Positions 7,898-14,546 are shown, numbered from the stretch's first letter. The stretch is DNA of 43,978 nucleotides from a virus (IMGVR_UViG_3300021387_000103:1-43978); one strand, 5' to 3'. Program-made: numbers and translations. The notes: generated from the letters alone by a model not told the origin.

Positions 7898-8764
7898 TTA
7901 AAAATTGTTTTGTTCCAACAGATCGGTCGCCGCATCGCTTATTTTTGTGAAATTTTCGATTTCCGGGGCTTTTTCTGTTTGAATGGGTAATTTATCATCT
8001 TTTTGAACTTCTTGCGAAATAGGGCCATTTTTGACCGTTTCCGCGAATGCTCCGAATTTCTTTGACGCATCGGCCGCAATCTTGGCGGCGTCGCTTGCCG
8101 CGTCGGCGATTTTGGCAAAGGCGGAAACCAAATTGTTCGGTTGTTCTTCCGGATATTCTTTCACTTTCAGTTCAACCAAACCCATTTCAAGGATAACAGG
8201 CAAGCAACGGGCAACGGCTTTCGTATCTTCCAACGCATCGTGCGCCGGGAACGTTTCGCCCGGAAAACAACGGGAATACAATTCGCCAAGATTCGGGAAT
8301 TTCAGTTTTCCCCAACTGTTGCGGGCATCAACCCATTTCATCGTTGAACGCATCGTGTCAATTCGCTTGCCCTTATACAACGCCGTTTCCACGTCGTTTG
8401 CGTCGTAATATTCCCGGCCAAGTTCGCGCAAGATATTTGCTTTGACAATGCCGGTATCGAAATGGATGTTGTGGCCGCAAATCAACCCGGCATCGTGGCA
8501 ATCCTGTATGAACATATCCACGACGGCGGCGAACGGTTCGCCGTGTTCCATCGCGTATTCGTTCGTTATTCCGTGGATTTCCACGGCTTCATCCGGAATT
8601 TCCCACCCATCCGGGCGGATTATATGGGATTCTACCTTACAACCGTGAATCCACGCCATTTGCACAACGTGCGGATATTGCATAAAGTCAACATCCCATT
8701 TCGCCGAACGATCCGGAATTCCGGTCGTTTCCGTGTCAAAAAATAAAACGTCCTCTATTGTCAT
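7898..8764 (-). CDS. DnaQ-like DEDDh 3'-5' exonuclease
   Basis: ExoI FFDTETTG, ExoII GHNIHFD, ExoIII HDALEDT. Start set at MTIEDVLFFDTETTG (8764) to avoid overlapping the upstream ORF; the track start is 8803. Confidence 0.85.
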   Translation of the reverse strand: MTIEDVLFFDTETTGIPDRSAKWDVDFMQYPHVVQMAWIHGCKVESHIIRPDGWEIPDEAVEIHGITNEYAMEHGEPFAAVVDMFIQDCHDAGLICGHNIHFDTGIVKANILRELGREYYDANDVETALYKGKRIDTMRSTMKWVDARNSWGKLKFPNLGELYSRCFPGETFPAHDALEDTKAVARCLPVILEMGLVELKVKEYPEEQPNNLVSAFAKIADAASDAAKIAADASKKFGAFAETVKNGPISQEVQKDDKLPIQTEKAPEIENFTKISDAATDLLEQNNF

Positions 8765-8771
8765 ATCGTCA

Positions 8772-8942
8772 TTATTTAGAATCAAGTATTGCCCGGGTTC
8801 CATCTTTCTTGTTGCCGTACAATGTGCCGGCCGTCATTTGGCTAAATTCATAAACGGCCGTTTTGAAATTCGTAATCGTACACGTCCAGCCATTGCCGGC
8901 AATCGTGAAATCCTTGTAATCTTTTTCGTTAATCTTTCGCAT
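8772..8942 (-). CDS. hypothetical protein (56 aa)
   Basis: Track ORF 8772..9017 trimmed to MRKINEKDY, which follows the upstream stop at 8954. Confidence 0.45.
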   Translation of the reverse strand: MRKINEKDYKDFTIAGNGWTCTITNFKTAVYEFSQMTAGTLYGNKKDGTRAILDSK

Positions 8943-8953
8943 ATCGATAAATG

Positions 8954-9352
8954 TTAAAGTGTCCGCGAATCTTCGATGTAAACATACAGATTTTCGGCGG
9001 CAAATTGCTTCAACCATTCAATGAATTCGGAAAAATCCGGTTTGGATATTTGCCGGGCTTCCAACAATCCGCCATAATCATTATAACAACTTGCGCATTG
9101 CTGGCGCAACCATAGATCGACTTGTTTTTCCGTCCGCCGATCGCCATTTTTCCAAAGGGCCGTTTGTATCGTCGGGACGATGTAATTGAAATAGTAAGCC
9201 AATTGCAATTCGCTGGAACCGGATTCGGCCGCTTCAAAGCGAACAACAATCCGTTTGCCCTTGTTCGCCGCGAAAAACGCATTCAAACGATCCATCGGCA
9301 ACCGTAATTGTCCCTTATCGGTTATAATGCCGGATTCGCTAATTTTGTTCAT
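8954..9352 (-). CDS. hypothetical protein (132 aa)
   Basis: ORF track. Confidence 0.6.
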   Translation of the reverse strand: MNKISESGIITDKGQLRLPMDRLNAFFAANKGKRIVVRFEAAESGSSELQLAYYFNYIVPTIQTALWKNGDRRTEKQVDLWLRQQCASCYNDYGGLLEARQISKPDFSEFIEWLKQFAAENLYVYIEDSRTL

Positions 9353-9353
9353 A

Positions 9354-9782
9354 TCAATTGCCGTTAGATTTGGGGATCAATTCATCGGCCAATTCCGGGA
9401 ATTCTTCAACCACGATTTGCGCAATTGTCAAGTTGTATGCTTGATTGCCAAGTTGAAAGATGTAACGACGTTCGGCAAATGGACGCTTTGATACATGATT
9501 AATTATTGCCAAATATTCGTTGGCGAATTCTCCGACGGATAAATTGATCACTTTGCCAATCGGATGGGACGGTAATTTATAACCCTTGGCCCCGCCCAAT
9601 TTCTTCATGGCCATATATGACTTTTGAATGGCCGCGCGATCCTCTTTTTGCGCGGTCATGTAAGCGGCCAAATTATTGCGGAACTTTTGCGTTTCGACCA
9701 ATTGCGCAATGGTGACATCTTGCAACGCCTTACATTGGCGAACTTTCATCATTGTTTCCTTTTTCATCTTCGATTTCCTCAA
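9354..9782 (-). CDS. hypothetical protein (start uncertain)
   Basis: ORF track. Several in-frame ATGs lie within the first 12 codons. Confidence 0.55.
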   Translation of the reverse strand: MRKSKMKKETMMKVRQCKALQDVTIAQLVETQKFRNNLAAYMTAQKEDRAAIQKSYMAMKKLGGAKGYKLPSHPIGKVINLSVGEFANEYLAIINHVSKRPFAERRYIFQLGNQAYNLTIAQIVVEEFPELADELIPKSNGN

Positions 9783-9924
9783 TTACTTCGTCGAATGAAT
9801 CTTCAATCATTTTACTAACATCGTCGAGAACGTCTATTGTCCCGTCATGATAGCCGATATAATAACAAATAAAATTGGCGGCAATCACCAAAACGATGAT
9901 TGCCACCGCTTCCAACGTCGTCAT
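9730..9924 (-). CDS. small membrane protein with acidic tail
   Basis: N-terminal TM AVAIIVLVIAANFICYYIGY, then an acidic tail EEIEDEKGNNDE. ATGA overlap with the upstream stop. Confidence 0.5.
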   Translation of the reverse strand: MTTLEAVAIIVLVIAANFICYYIGYHDGTIDVLDDVSKMIEDSFDEVIEEIEDEKGNNDESSPM

Positions 9925-11330
9925 TTTTCCGTGTATTCTTCGACCAACATTTCGGTTTGGCCGCGCTGGACTTGCTCGATGAATCCTTGGAAACCATTTC
10001 GACGGGCAATGTCAACAATGGTTTGCAAACGCTTTTGACCCAGCGATTCGCCGCGCGCAATGCGGAACACCTTGACCGTCGGATTGGATGCGATAACCAA
10101 TTTAGCCGCAATTTCCATTGTTTGCGAATCGGATACTTTGCCCGGAACGAACGGAACGCCATTCAATTCCAATCCATCATCCGTGAATGACAACCCAGCG
10201 ATCGGCAATTCAGCATTGGCGATTAAATTGGCACGTTCGGATGCCAATGTCGAAATTCGTTCATCCATCATGTCGGCCTTGGCCTTAATCTGTTGCAATT
10301 CCTGTTCGCGTTCGTTGTATTTGCGCACCCGGTCACACATTGCGTTGTGTTCCTTGGCTTGGGCTAACAATTCATCGGTGTTTTGCTCATTGCGTGTGTT
10401 GGCTTCGTATTTGGCCAACCATTCTTCCGCGTTGTGCTTCCTGTTTTCAAGATCGGCCATTTCGTCGTTGAAATCGACCATTTGTTGTTCATGTTCCGAT
10501 TCAAGTCTTTCGGTTTCCGCCTTGGCGGCTTCAACGGCCTTTTCATAAGCAATCCGGGCCGCTTCAACCTTGTCTTGAATCGCTTGCAAGTTGGCTTTGA
10601 AAGTTGATTCGCATTCGCGCACCTTAAAAGGCAAATTTTCGATTTGCTCAATGCGCTGGTTCATCATTGCTCGGACGGACTTGGCCTTTTCAGCCAATTG
10701 CGCGGTTATCTTGGCTTTCTCGATCAGTTCGGAAACGTCAACCGGGGCCGTATATTTGGCGCGAACATCGGCGGTTAGTCCTTCGGCCGATGAATCGCGC
10801 AATGCGGTTGCGGTTTTGACATCGCGGTTTATGCCTGTTCGTTCGGCCTTCAATTCAGAAACTTCGGCATCAATTGATTCGATCCGTTCACGAACGGCCG
10901 GGGCCAATAGTGCTTTGACAACGGCAATTTGCTTGCGGCGTCCTTCGGCCGTTTCTGACCAACGCGAAAATTCCACGGCGTCGAAATCTTGATAACCGAA
11001 AATGCGTTGCAACATCGAAACGTTATTTGTCTGCATCCCGGTTGATTTCTGTTTGATCGTCAGCGTTCCGCGTGGGTTGGCTTCAGTAAACGACAATTGA
11101 ACGTCGTATTCTTCGCCATCATCGCCCACGATCATTTTTGCAAACCCTTTGGATGCGCCATTACGTAACACGTCGTCACGCTGGCCGGTTAACAAGGCCC
11201 CGATCGCCTTTAACAACGTTGATTTGCCTAACTCATTGTCGCCGGTAATGAAATAAACCGTGCCGTCAAATTCGGCGTCGAAACTTTCGATAACTTGAAA
11301 GTTCAAAAGTTGTAATTTCTTAATATACAT
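9921..11330 (-). CDS. SMC/Rad50/SbcC-like ATPase with coiled-coil insert
   Basis: N-terminal MYIKKLQLLNFQ....ITGDNELGKSTLLKAI (Walker A), a long coiled-coil middle, and a C-terminal ATPase-half-like segment. Confidence 0.7.
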   Translation of the reverse strand: MYIKKLQLLNFQVIESFDAEFDGTVYFITGDNELGKSTLLKAIGALLTGQRDDVLRNGASKGFAKMIVGDDGEEYDVQLSFTEANPRGTLTIKQKSTGMQTNNVSMLQRIFGYQDFDAVEFSRWSETAEGRRKQIAVVKALLAPAVRERIESIDAEVSELKAERTGINRDVKTATALRDSSAEGLTADVRAKYTAPVDVSELIEKAKITAQLAEKAKSVRAMMNQRIEQIENLPFKVRECESTFKANLQAIQDKVEAARIAYEKAVEAAKAETERLESEHEQQMVDFNDEMADLENRKHNAEEWLAKYEANTRNEQNTDELLAQAKEHNAMCDRVRKYNEREQELQQIKAKADMMDERISTLASERANLIANAELPIAGLSFTDDGLELNGVPFVPGKVSDSQTMEIAAKLVIASNPTVKVFRIARGESLGQKRLQTIVDIARRNGFQGFIEQVQRGQTEMLVEEYTEK

Positions 11331-11337
11331 CGTATCG

Positions 11338-11472
11338 TCATTTATGGTTTTTGCTCAATCGCTTGTTTTCAATGATCCCGTCAATGATGAACCAAATTGA
11401 CCAAATGACCAAGATAATTCCGATAACTTGGTTCGTGGTCAAATGGTCAATTATGGTTCGCCAATCAATCAT
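11338..11472 (-). CDS. small membrane protein, 44 aa (below track cutoff)
   Basis: Hand translation MIDWRTIIDHLTTNQVIGIILVIWSIWFIIDGIIENKRLSKNHK. ATGA overlap with the upstream stop. Confidence 0.4.
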   Translation of the reverse strand: MIDWRTIIDHLTTNQVIGIILVIWSIWFIIDGIIENKRLSKNHK

Positions 11473-11927
11473 TTCAAGCAAAAATTCGTCATGTCGAAAT
11501 ATCCGACCACGCATTTATGGCCACAATTCCATGCGTCCAAGATAACGCCATCAACACACGCCGTTTCATGGCTTGCAACAGAAATGACATAACGCCCGGT
11601 CGGATGCGTTTCCGCAAATTGTTCAACGGTCATGCGTGATTTTCCCTTAATGGCTGGACAATGTGTCCATATTGCGCCATCCTCAACAATCCAACGTCGG
11701 AATCCGGGGCCATCGGTCGGAACGTTGAAATCGCGGCGGCCCTTTGCCACCAAGTAATCGAATGCATCAATCCATGAACAGGAAATTGAATTCGCTAACG
11801 CACGAATGACACAATCGCCGCGATCCCAGCGGAAACCGCGTTTTTTCTTCCAACACGGATTCGGATTTTCTATCCGAAAATGCTTGCCGGATAGATAGAA
11901 CTTTTTGAATTTCTTTTCGTCCATCAT
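11469..11927 (-). CDS. hypothetical protein, possible papain/C39-like cysteine peptidase
   Basis: Candidate catalytic Cys in RGDCVIRALANS and His in VASHETACVDGVILDAWN. Track ORF 11469..12038 trimmed to MMDEKK because its N-terminus runs through tRNA-Leu. Confidence 0.5.
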   Translation of the reverse strand: MMDEKKFKKFYLSGKHFRIENPNPCWKKKRGFRWDRGDCVIRALANSISCSWIDAFDYLVAKGRRDFNVPTDGPGFRRWIVEDGAIWTHCPAIKGKSRMTVEQFAETHPTGRYVISVASHETACVDGVILDAWNCGHKCVVGYFDMTNFCLK

Positions 11928-11945
11928 TACATAAAGATTTGGTTT

Positions 11946-11961
11946 CCGGGAATCGGCCCGG
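11946..11961 (-). promoter_or_regulatory. stand-alone copy of leader hairpin 2 (CCGGG-CCGATT-CCCGG), 18 nt upstream of the ATG at 11927
   Basis: Minus strand ACGGGCCGGGCCGATTCCCGGaaaccaaatctttatgtaATG. Matches the linker and hairpin 2 of the four promoter leaders. Confidence 0.6.
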
Positions 11962-11971
11962 CCCGTTTGTG

Positions 11972-12052
11972 TACCCGTGGCCGGAATCGAACCGGCACCC
12001 CTTTCGAGAATGGATTTTGAGTCCATCGCGGCTACCATTACGCCACACGGGT
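11972..12052 (-). tRNA. tRNA-Leu(CAA): tRNA-Leu (anticodon CAA), class II with long variable arm
   Basis: Hand fold. Acceptor ACCCGTG/CACGGGT, D arm GCG-TAATGGTAGC-CGC, anticodon arm ATGGA-CTCAAAA-TCCAT, 13-nt variable arm, T arm GCCGG-TTCGATT-CCGGC. 81 nt, no encoded CCA. Confidence 0.85.
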
Positions 12053-12129
12053 TTGTTGGGTTTTCGCGCGTCCCCGCGTTACTTACCCGATTATGATAAC
12101 ACTATCGAATAAAAGGGTTTCCCCCTTTG

Positions 12130-12200
12130 TTGCTTCGCCCCGATTCGAACGGGGAATACCGGAACCAAAATCCGATGTGTTGCCGTTACACCACGAAGCA
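12130..12200 (-). tRNA. tRNA-Gln(TTG): tRNA-Gln (anticodon TTG)
   Basis: Hand fold. Acceptor TGCTTCG/CGAAGCA (U1-A72), D arm GTGT-AACGGCA-ACAC, anticodon arm TCGGA-TTTTGGT-TCCGG, T arm CCCCG-TTCGAAT-CGGGG. 71 nt. Confidence 0.85.
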
Positions 12201-12207
12201 ATATAAT

Positions 12208-12366
12208 TTATCGCAATTGGTCAATAATGGCCGCTTTCAATTTGACCGCTTCCGCCGGGGTCAATTTATTGGTTTGTGCCAAGACGGCAACTGCCATTCC
12301 AACCGGCGTACAATCCAAAACCATTTTAACACCCATGTAAACCAACTTGTCAAAACTTGCTTTCAT
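12208..12366 (-). CDS. hypothetical protein, 52 aa, first ORF after promoter P_A (below track cutoff)
   Basis: Hand translation MKASFDKLVYMGVKMVLDCTPVGMAVAVLAQTNKLTPAEAVKLKAAIIDQLR. The ATG lies 14 nt after leader hairpin 2. Confidence 0.45.
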   Translation of the reverse strand: MKASFDKLVYMGVKMVLDCTPVGMAVAVLAQTNKLTPAEAVKLKAAIIDQLR

Positions 12367-12380
12367 TGCTTTGTCATTTA

Positions 12381-12455
12381 CCGGGAACCGGCCCGGGCCG
12401 TCGGGCCATATCCTTGACCCGCAACAAAGGTAAGGATAATTTTTTAATATCCAAA
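12381..12455 (-). promoter_or_regulatory. Promoter P_A (TTTG 12452..12455, 19-nt spacer, TACCTTTG 12425..12432) plus conserved two-hairpin leader (12381..12420)
   Basis: Minus strand TTTGgatattaaaaaattatcctTACCTTTGttgcGGGTCaaggatatGGCCCgacggcCCGGGccggttCCCGGtaaatgacaaagcaATG. Confidence 0.75.
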
Positions 12456-12776
12456 AAAAAATCCATTATTTTTGAAATAAATTTGGCGGTTCAAGAATTT
12501 TCGGCAACCAAACAACGGTTCTTTCAGATAATGCACGGCGAAAAGCGACATCCGATTCCGGATGCGTCCCGTATTCGTGCCAATGTTTGAATTTGCCCCG
12601 CTTGATTTCAACGGTTGCATGATTGCCCGTTCTTGGCGCACGGATTCGCGCTTTAACCATAATTCAATTTTTTGTCTGATCGCGGTAATTATTTCTTTCG
12701 GCCAACGTCTTATGCAATGAACATCGGATGCACGGTTGATGGTTGAACCGGCAAACGCCGTGTCGCTCATGGACAC
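12444..12776 (-). CDS. alternative-frame ORF (110 aa, GTG 12776 or ATG 12770); the 3' half is doubtful
   Basis: The open frame runs through promoter P_A (tail ...IYFKNNGFFFGY is a translation of AT-rich promoter DNA). The 5' third looks protein-like. Confidence 0.3.
   Translation of the reverse strand: MSMSDTAFAGSTINRASDVHCIRRWPKEIITAIRQKIELWLKRESVRQERAIMQPLKSSGANSNIGTNTGRIRNRMSLFAVHYLKEPLFGCRKFLNRQIYFKNNGFFFGY
12466..12660 (-). CDS. hypothetical protein (64 aa); mutually exclusive with the overlapping 12444..12776 frame
   Basis: Protein-like composition (MVKARIRAPRTGNHATVEIKRGKFKHWHEYGTHPESD...). Ends just before the P_A -33 element. Confidence 0.4.
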   Translation of the reverse strand: MVKARIRAPRTGNHATVEIKRGKFKHWHEYGTHPESDVAFRRALSERTVVWLPKILEPPNLFQK

Positions 12777-12802
12777 ATTTTGCCAACAATGATTTTACCA
12801 TC

Positions 12803-13018
12803 CTAAAACAATTTTGGGGTGGGATCAAGCAACCGCGCATTAAGCGCGTCCAATTCTCTTTCCATGCGCTTTGACAGTTCCAGCGCATCCGGCTTGCGCG
12901 TTGCAAAATATCGGCGTTGGTTATGTCGTAATTCAGCGACAAAGCGTACATATTCGATTGCCTGTTCCGGCGTTATTTTCTGCAAATTTTCGATTTGCGG
13001 GCATTTTATTTCTTCCAT
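12803..13018 (-). CDS. hypothetical protein (71 aa)
   Basis: ORF track; helical, charged sequence. Confidence 0.55.
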   Translation of the reverse strand: MEEIKCPQIENLQKITPEQAIEYVRFVAELRHNQRRYFATRKPDALELSKRMERELDALNARLLDPTPKLF

Positions 13019-13028
13019 GATAGATTTA

Positions 13029-13319
13029 TCATTTTTTTGTCGTTTTGCGTTTTACGGGCTTGTTTTCGGCCTTTTTGGCTGGACGTCCTCTTTTCCGGGT
13101 TTCCGGAATATTTTTCGTGGACTTTCGAACGCTTTGGGCCGTTTTTGGTACGCTTTGGGCCGTTTTTCGAACATCCCCGGGATCATGGTTGCATATTACG
13201 AACGCGCAATATGCTGGTTCCCCGCGATAATTTTGGCAAGTCCTACACCCCGGCGAACCGACTTCCGTTCCAGCCCGGAACGGGCATTCGCCAATGGCTT
13301 TATACATTTTCGTTATCAT
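13029..13319 (-). CDS. putative DNA-binding protein: Cys-rich N-terminus plus AT-hook-like basic tail
   Basis: CPFRAG..GCRTCQNY...CAFVIC, then KRGRPAKKAENKPVKRK. Contains an in-frame 7-aa tandem repeat, KTAQSVP/KTAQSVR. Confidence 0.55.
   Translation of the reverse strand: MITKMYKAIGECPFRAGTEVGSPGCRTCQNYRGEPAYCAFVICNHDPGDVRKTAQSVPKTAQSVRKSTKNIPETRKRGRPAKKAENKPVKRKTTKK
13129..13170. repeat. 21-bp tandem repeat x2 (acgctttgggccgttttt core) inside the CDS
   Basis: 13129..13146 and 13150..13167 are identical 18-mers, period 21 bp. Confidence 0.85.
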
Positions 13320-13495
13320 AATTCGTCACCGTCAATTGTTTTACCGGTTAACTCATTTATCCGATTTGCAAGTTTCCCCGCTTCGACCAACAAGCGGAAA
13401 CGTAATTGTTTTAATTCTTTGATACCCATTTCTTCCAACTTGGCGGGTTTTCCATCCGAATATTGAACATTGATTTGAATAATAACGTGTTGCAT
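13316..13495 (-). CDS. hypothetical protein (59 aa)
   Basis: Track ORF trimmed to MQHVIIQ, which abuts the upstream stop at 13497. Confidence 0.45.
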   Translation of the reverse strand: MQHVIIQINVQYSDGKPAKLEEMGIKELKQLRFRLLVEAGKLANRINELTGKTIDGDEL

Positions 13496-13496
13496 A

Positions 13497-13826
13497 TTAT
13501 GCGGGCTTATAAATACAATAATGGCGTATATCATTCATAATTTCCCAATCGCATTGCGAATCAAAATTTAACGCGTCCAAACGCCGTTCGTGATAACGCG
13601 GCCCATTATAGGATTCGCCGTTTTTTACAAAATGGTCGCGGTATTTGAATATCAATTTGCCGTGGCGTTTCAAGATTCGACCATAAATATAAATTTCGTG
13701 TAACAGTCCATCAGAACCACCACACCACCAAAGAAATTCAATCCAATCGCCAACGCGAACACGGCGGCCGTTCCTATCGAAATATCGCGTTAATTCATTA
13801 CGGCCAAATGTTTTGTTCATATCCAT
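13497..13826 (-). CDS. hypothetical protein (109 aa)
   Basis: ORF track. Confidence 0.6.
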   Translation of the reverse strand: MDMNKTFGRNELTRYFDRNGRRVRVGDWIEFLWWCGGSDGLLHEIYIYGRILKRHGKLIFKYRDHFVKNGESYNGPRYHERRLDALNFDSQCDWEIMNDIRHYCIYKPA

Positions 13827-13967
13827 ATCAAAACATTTTTTAATATTCGCTTATTCTCATATCAATAACGTTGTTTCAATATTCGGCAATAATCGCCCGG
13901 CCCGGCATTGCATTTCCCATTGTGCCAAAACCAATAACCCAAACATTCGTTTTTCAACTTGCACATT

Positions 13968-14546
13968 TCAAAACAACTTTTGGTATTCACGTTCCGGCAA
14001 ATTAGCCTTTACCCATTTCGGATCATTGACCAAAGCCCAACGGCCGAAATGCATTAATAACATGGCATCCGAATTCCATAACGTTGCCTTAACTTCGGGA
14101 TATAATGCGGCGGCCGTGCGCTGGTAACGATGTTTTCTTTCTTCCTTACTTTCACGAACCGATGAATTGCGTTCGCGCAACTTCAATTTGGTTTGCCACG
14201 AAAGCGGATGAACCATTACATACGGGATGCCAACCGCTTCGATTATGGCTTTCAAATGTTCGTAATTGGCCATCATGCGTTGGATTCGATACAACTTACC
14301 CATCGCGGCCCGGTCGCCTTGTACTATCACATCATCCGGGCGGACGGATAGTTTTTCAAGAAAGACAATCGGTTTGAAATTGTCACGATAATACAACAGG
14401 AAATCGCGCAATTCTGCAACATCTTTCGGCATCTTAATAGTGCTAACTAACGCGCGATATTTCCCCGGAACAAACACGGCGATTCCACCCGCCGCGCCCG
14501 GATCAATACCAATGACGCAATTAATTTTTATTTTACTTTCCATCAA
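13968..14546 (-). CDS. RuvC-like Holliday junction resolvase
   Basis: IGIDPGAAGG (first catalytic Asp), VFLEKL, C-terminal NSDAMLLMHF. Confidence 0.78.
   Translation of the reverse strand: MMESKIKINCVIGIDPGAAGGIAVFVPGKYRALVSTIKMPKDVAELRDFLLYYRDNFKPIVFLEKLSVRPDDVIVQGDRAAMGKLYRIQRMMANYEHLKAIIEAVGIPYVMVHPLSWQTKLKLRERNSSVRESKEERKHRYQRTAAALYPEVKATLWNSDAMLLMHFGRWALVNDPKWVKANLPEREYQKLF

Noticed and set aside
11928-12038. N-terminal extension of track ORF 11469..12038
   Set aside because: It translates through tRNA-Leu (GAGSIPATG is the T-arm read as protein) and through the hairpin-2 copy. The real start is most likely MMDEKK at 11927.
12053-12129. A third tRNA or tRNA-like gene in the 77-nt spacer between the two tRNAs
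   Set aside because: There is no T-loop (GTTCRA) motif and no cloverleaf could be drawn. I found only two short hairpins.
11972-12200. Suppressor tRNA / stop-codon recoding
   Set aside because: The anticodons are CAA (Leu) and UUG (Gln), not stop-complementary. Terminase, portal, tape measure and the other large genes are uninterrupted under the standard code.
12381-12424. The leader repeats interpreted as REP-type intergenic repeats or rho-independent terminators
   Set aside because: They lie downstream of complete TTTG-N19-TAnnTTTG promoters, on the same strand, and immediately upstream of start codons. They lack a U-tract. They are not found after convergent gene ends.
12655-12675. Programmed -1 frameshift joining frame A to frame B at the CAAAAAAT run
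   Set aside because: In the -1 frame a TGA lies between the slippery run and the frame B ATG, so shifted ribosomes would terminate immediately.
12664-12951. Minus-strand 95-aa ORF
   Set aside because: It overlaps the better-supported 12803..13018 gene in another frame and has a Cys/Arg-rich, non-protein-like composition.
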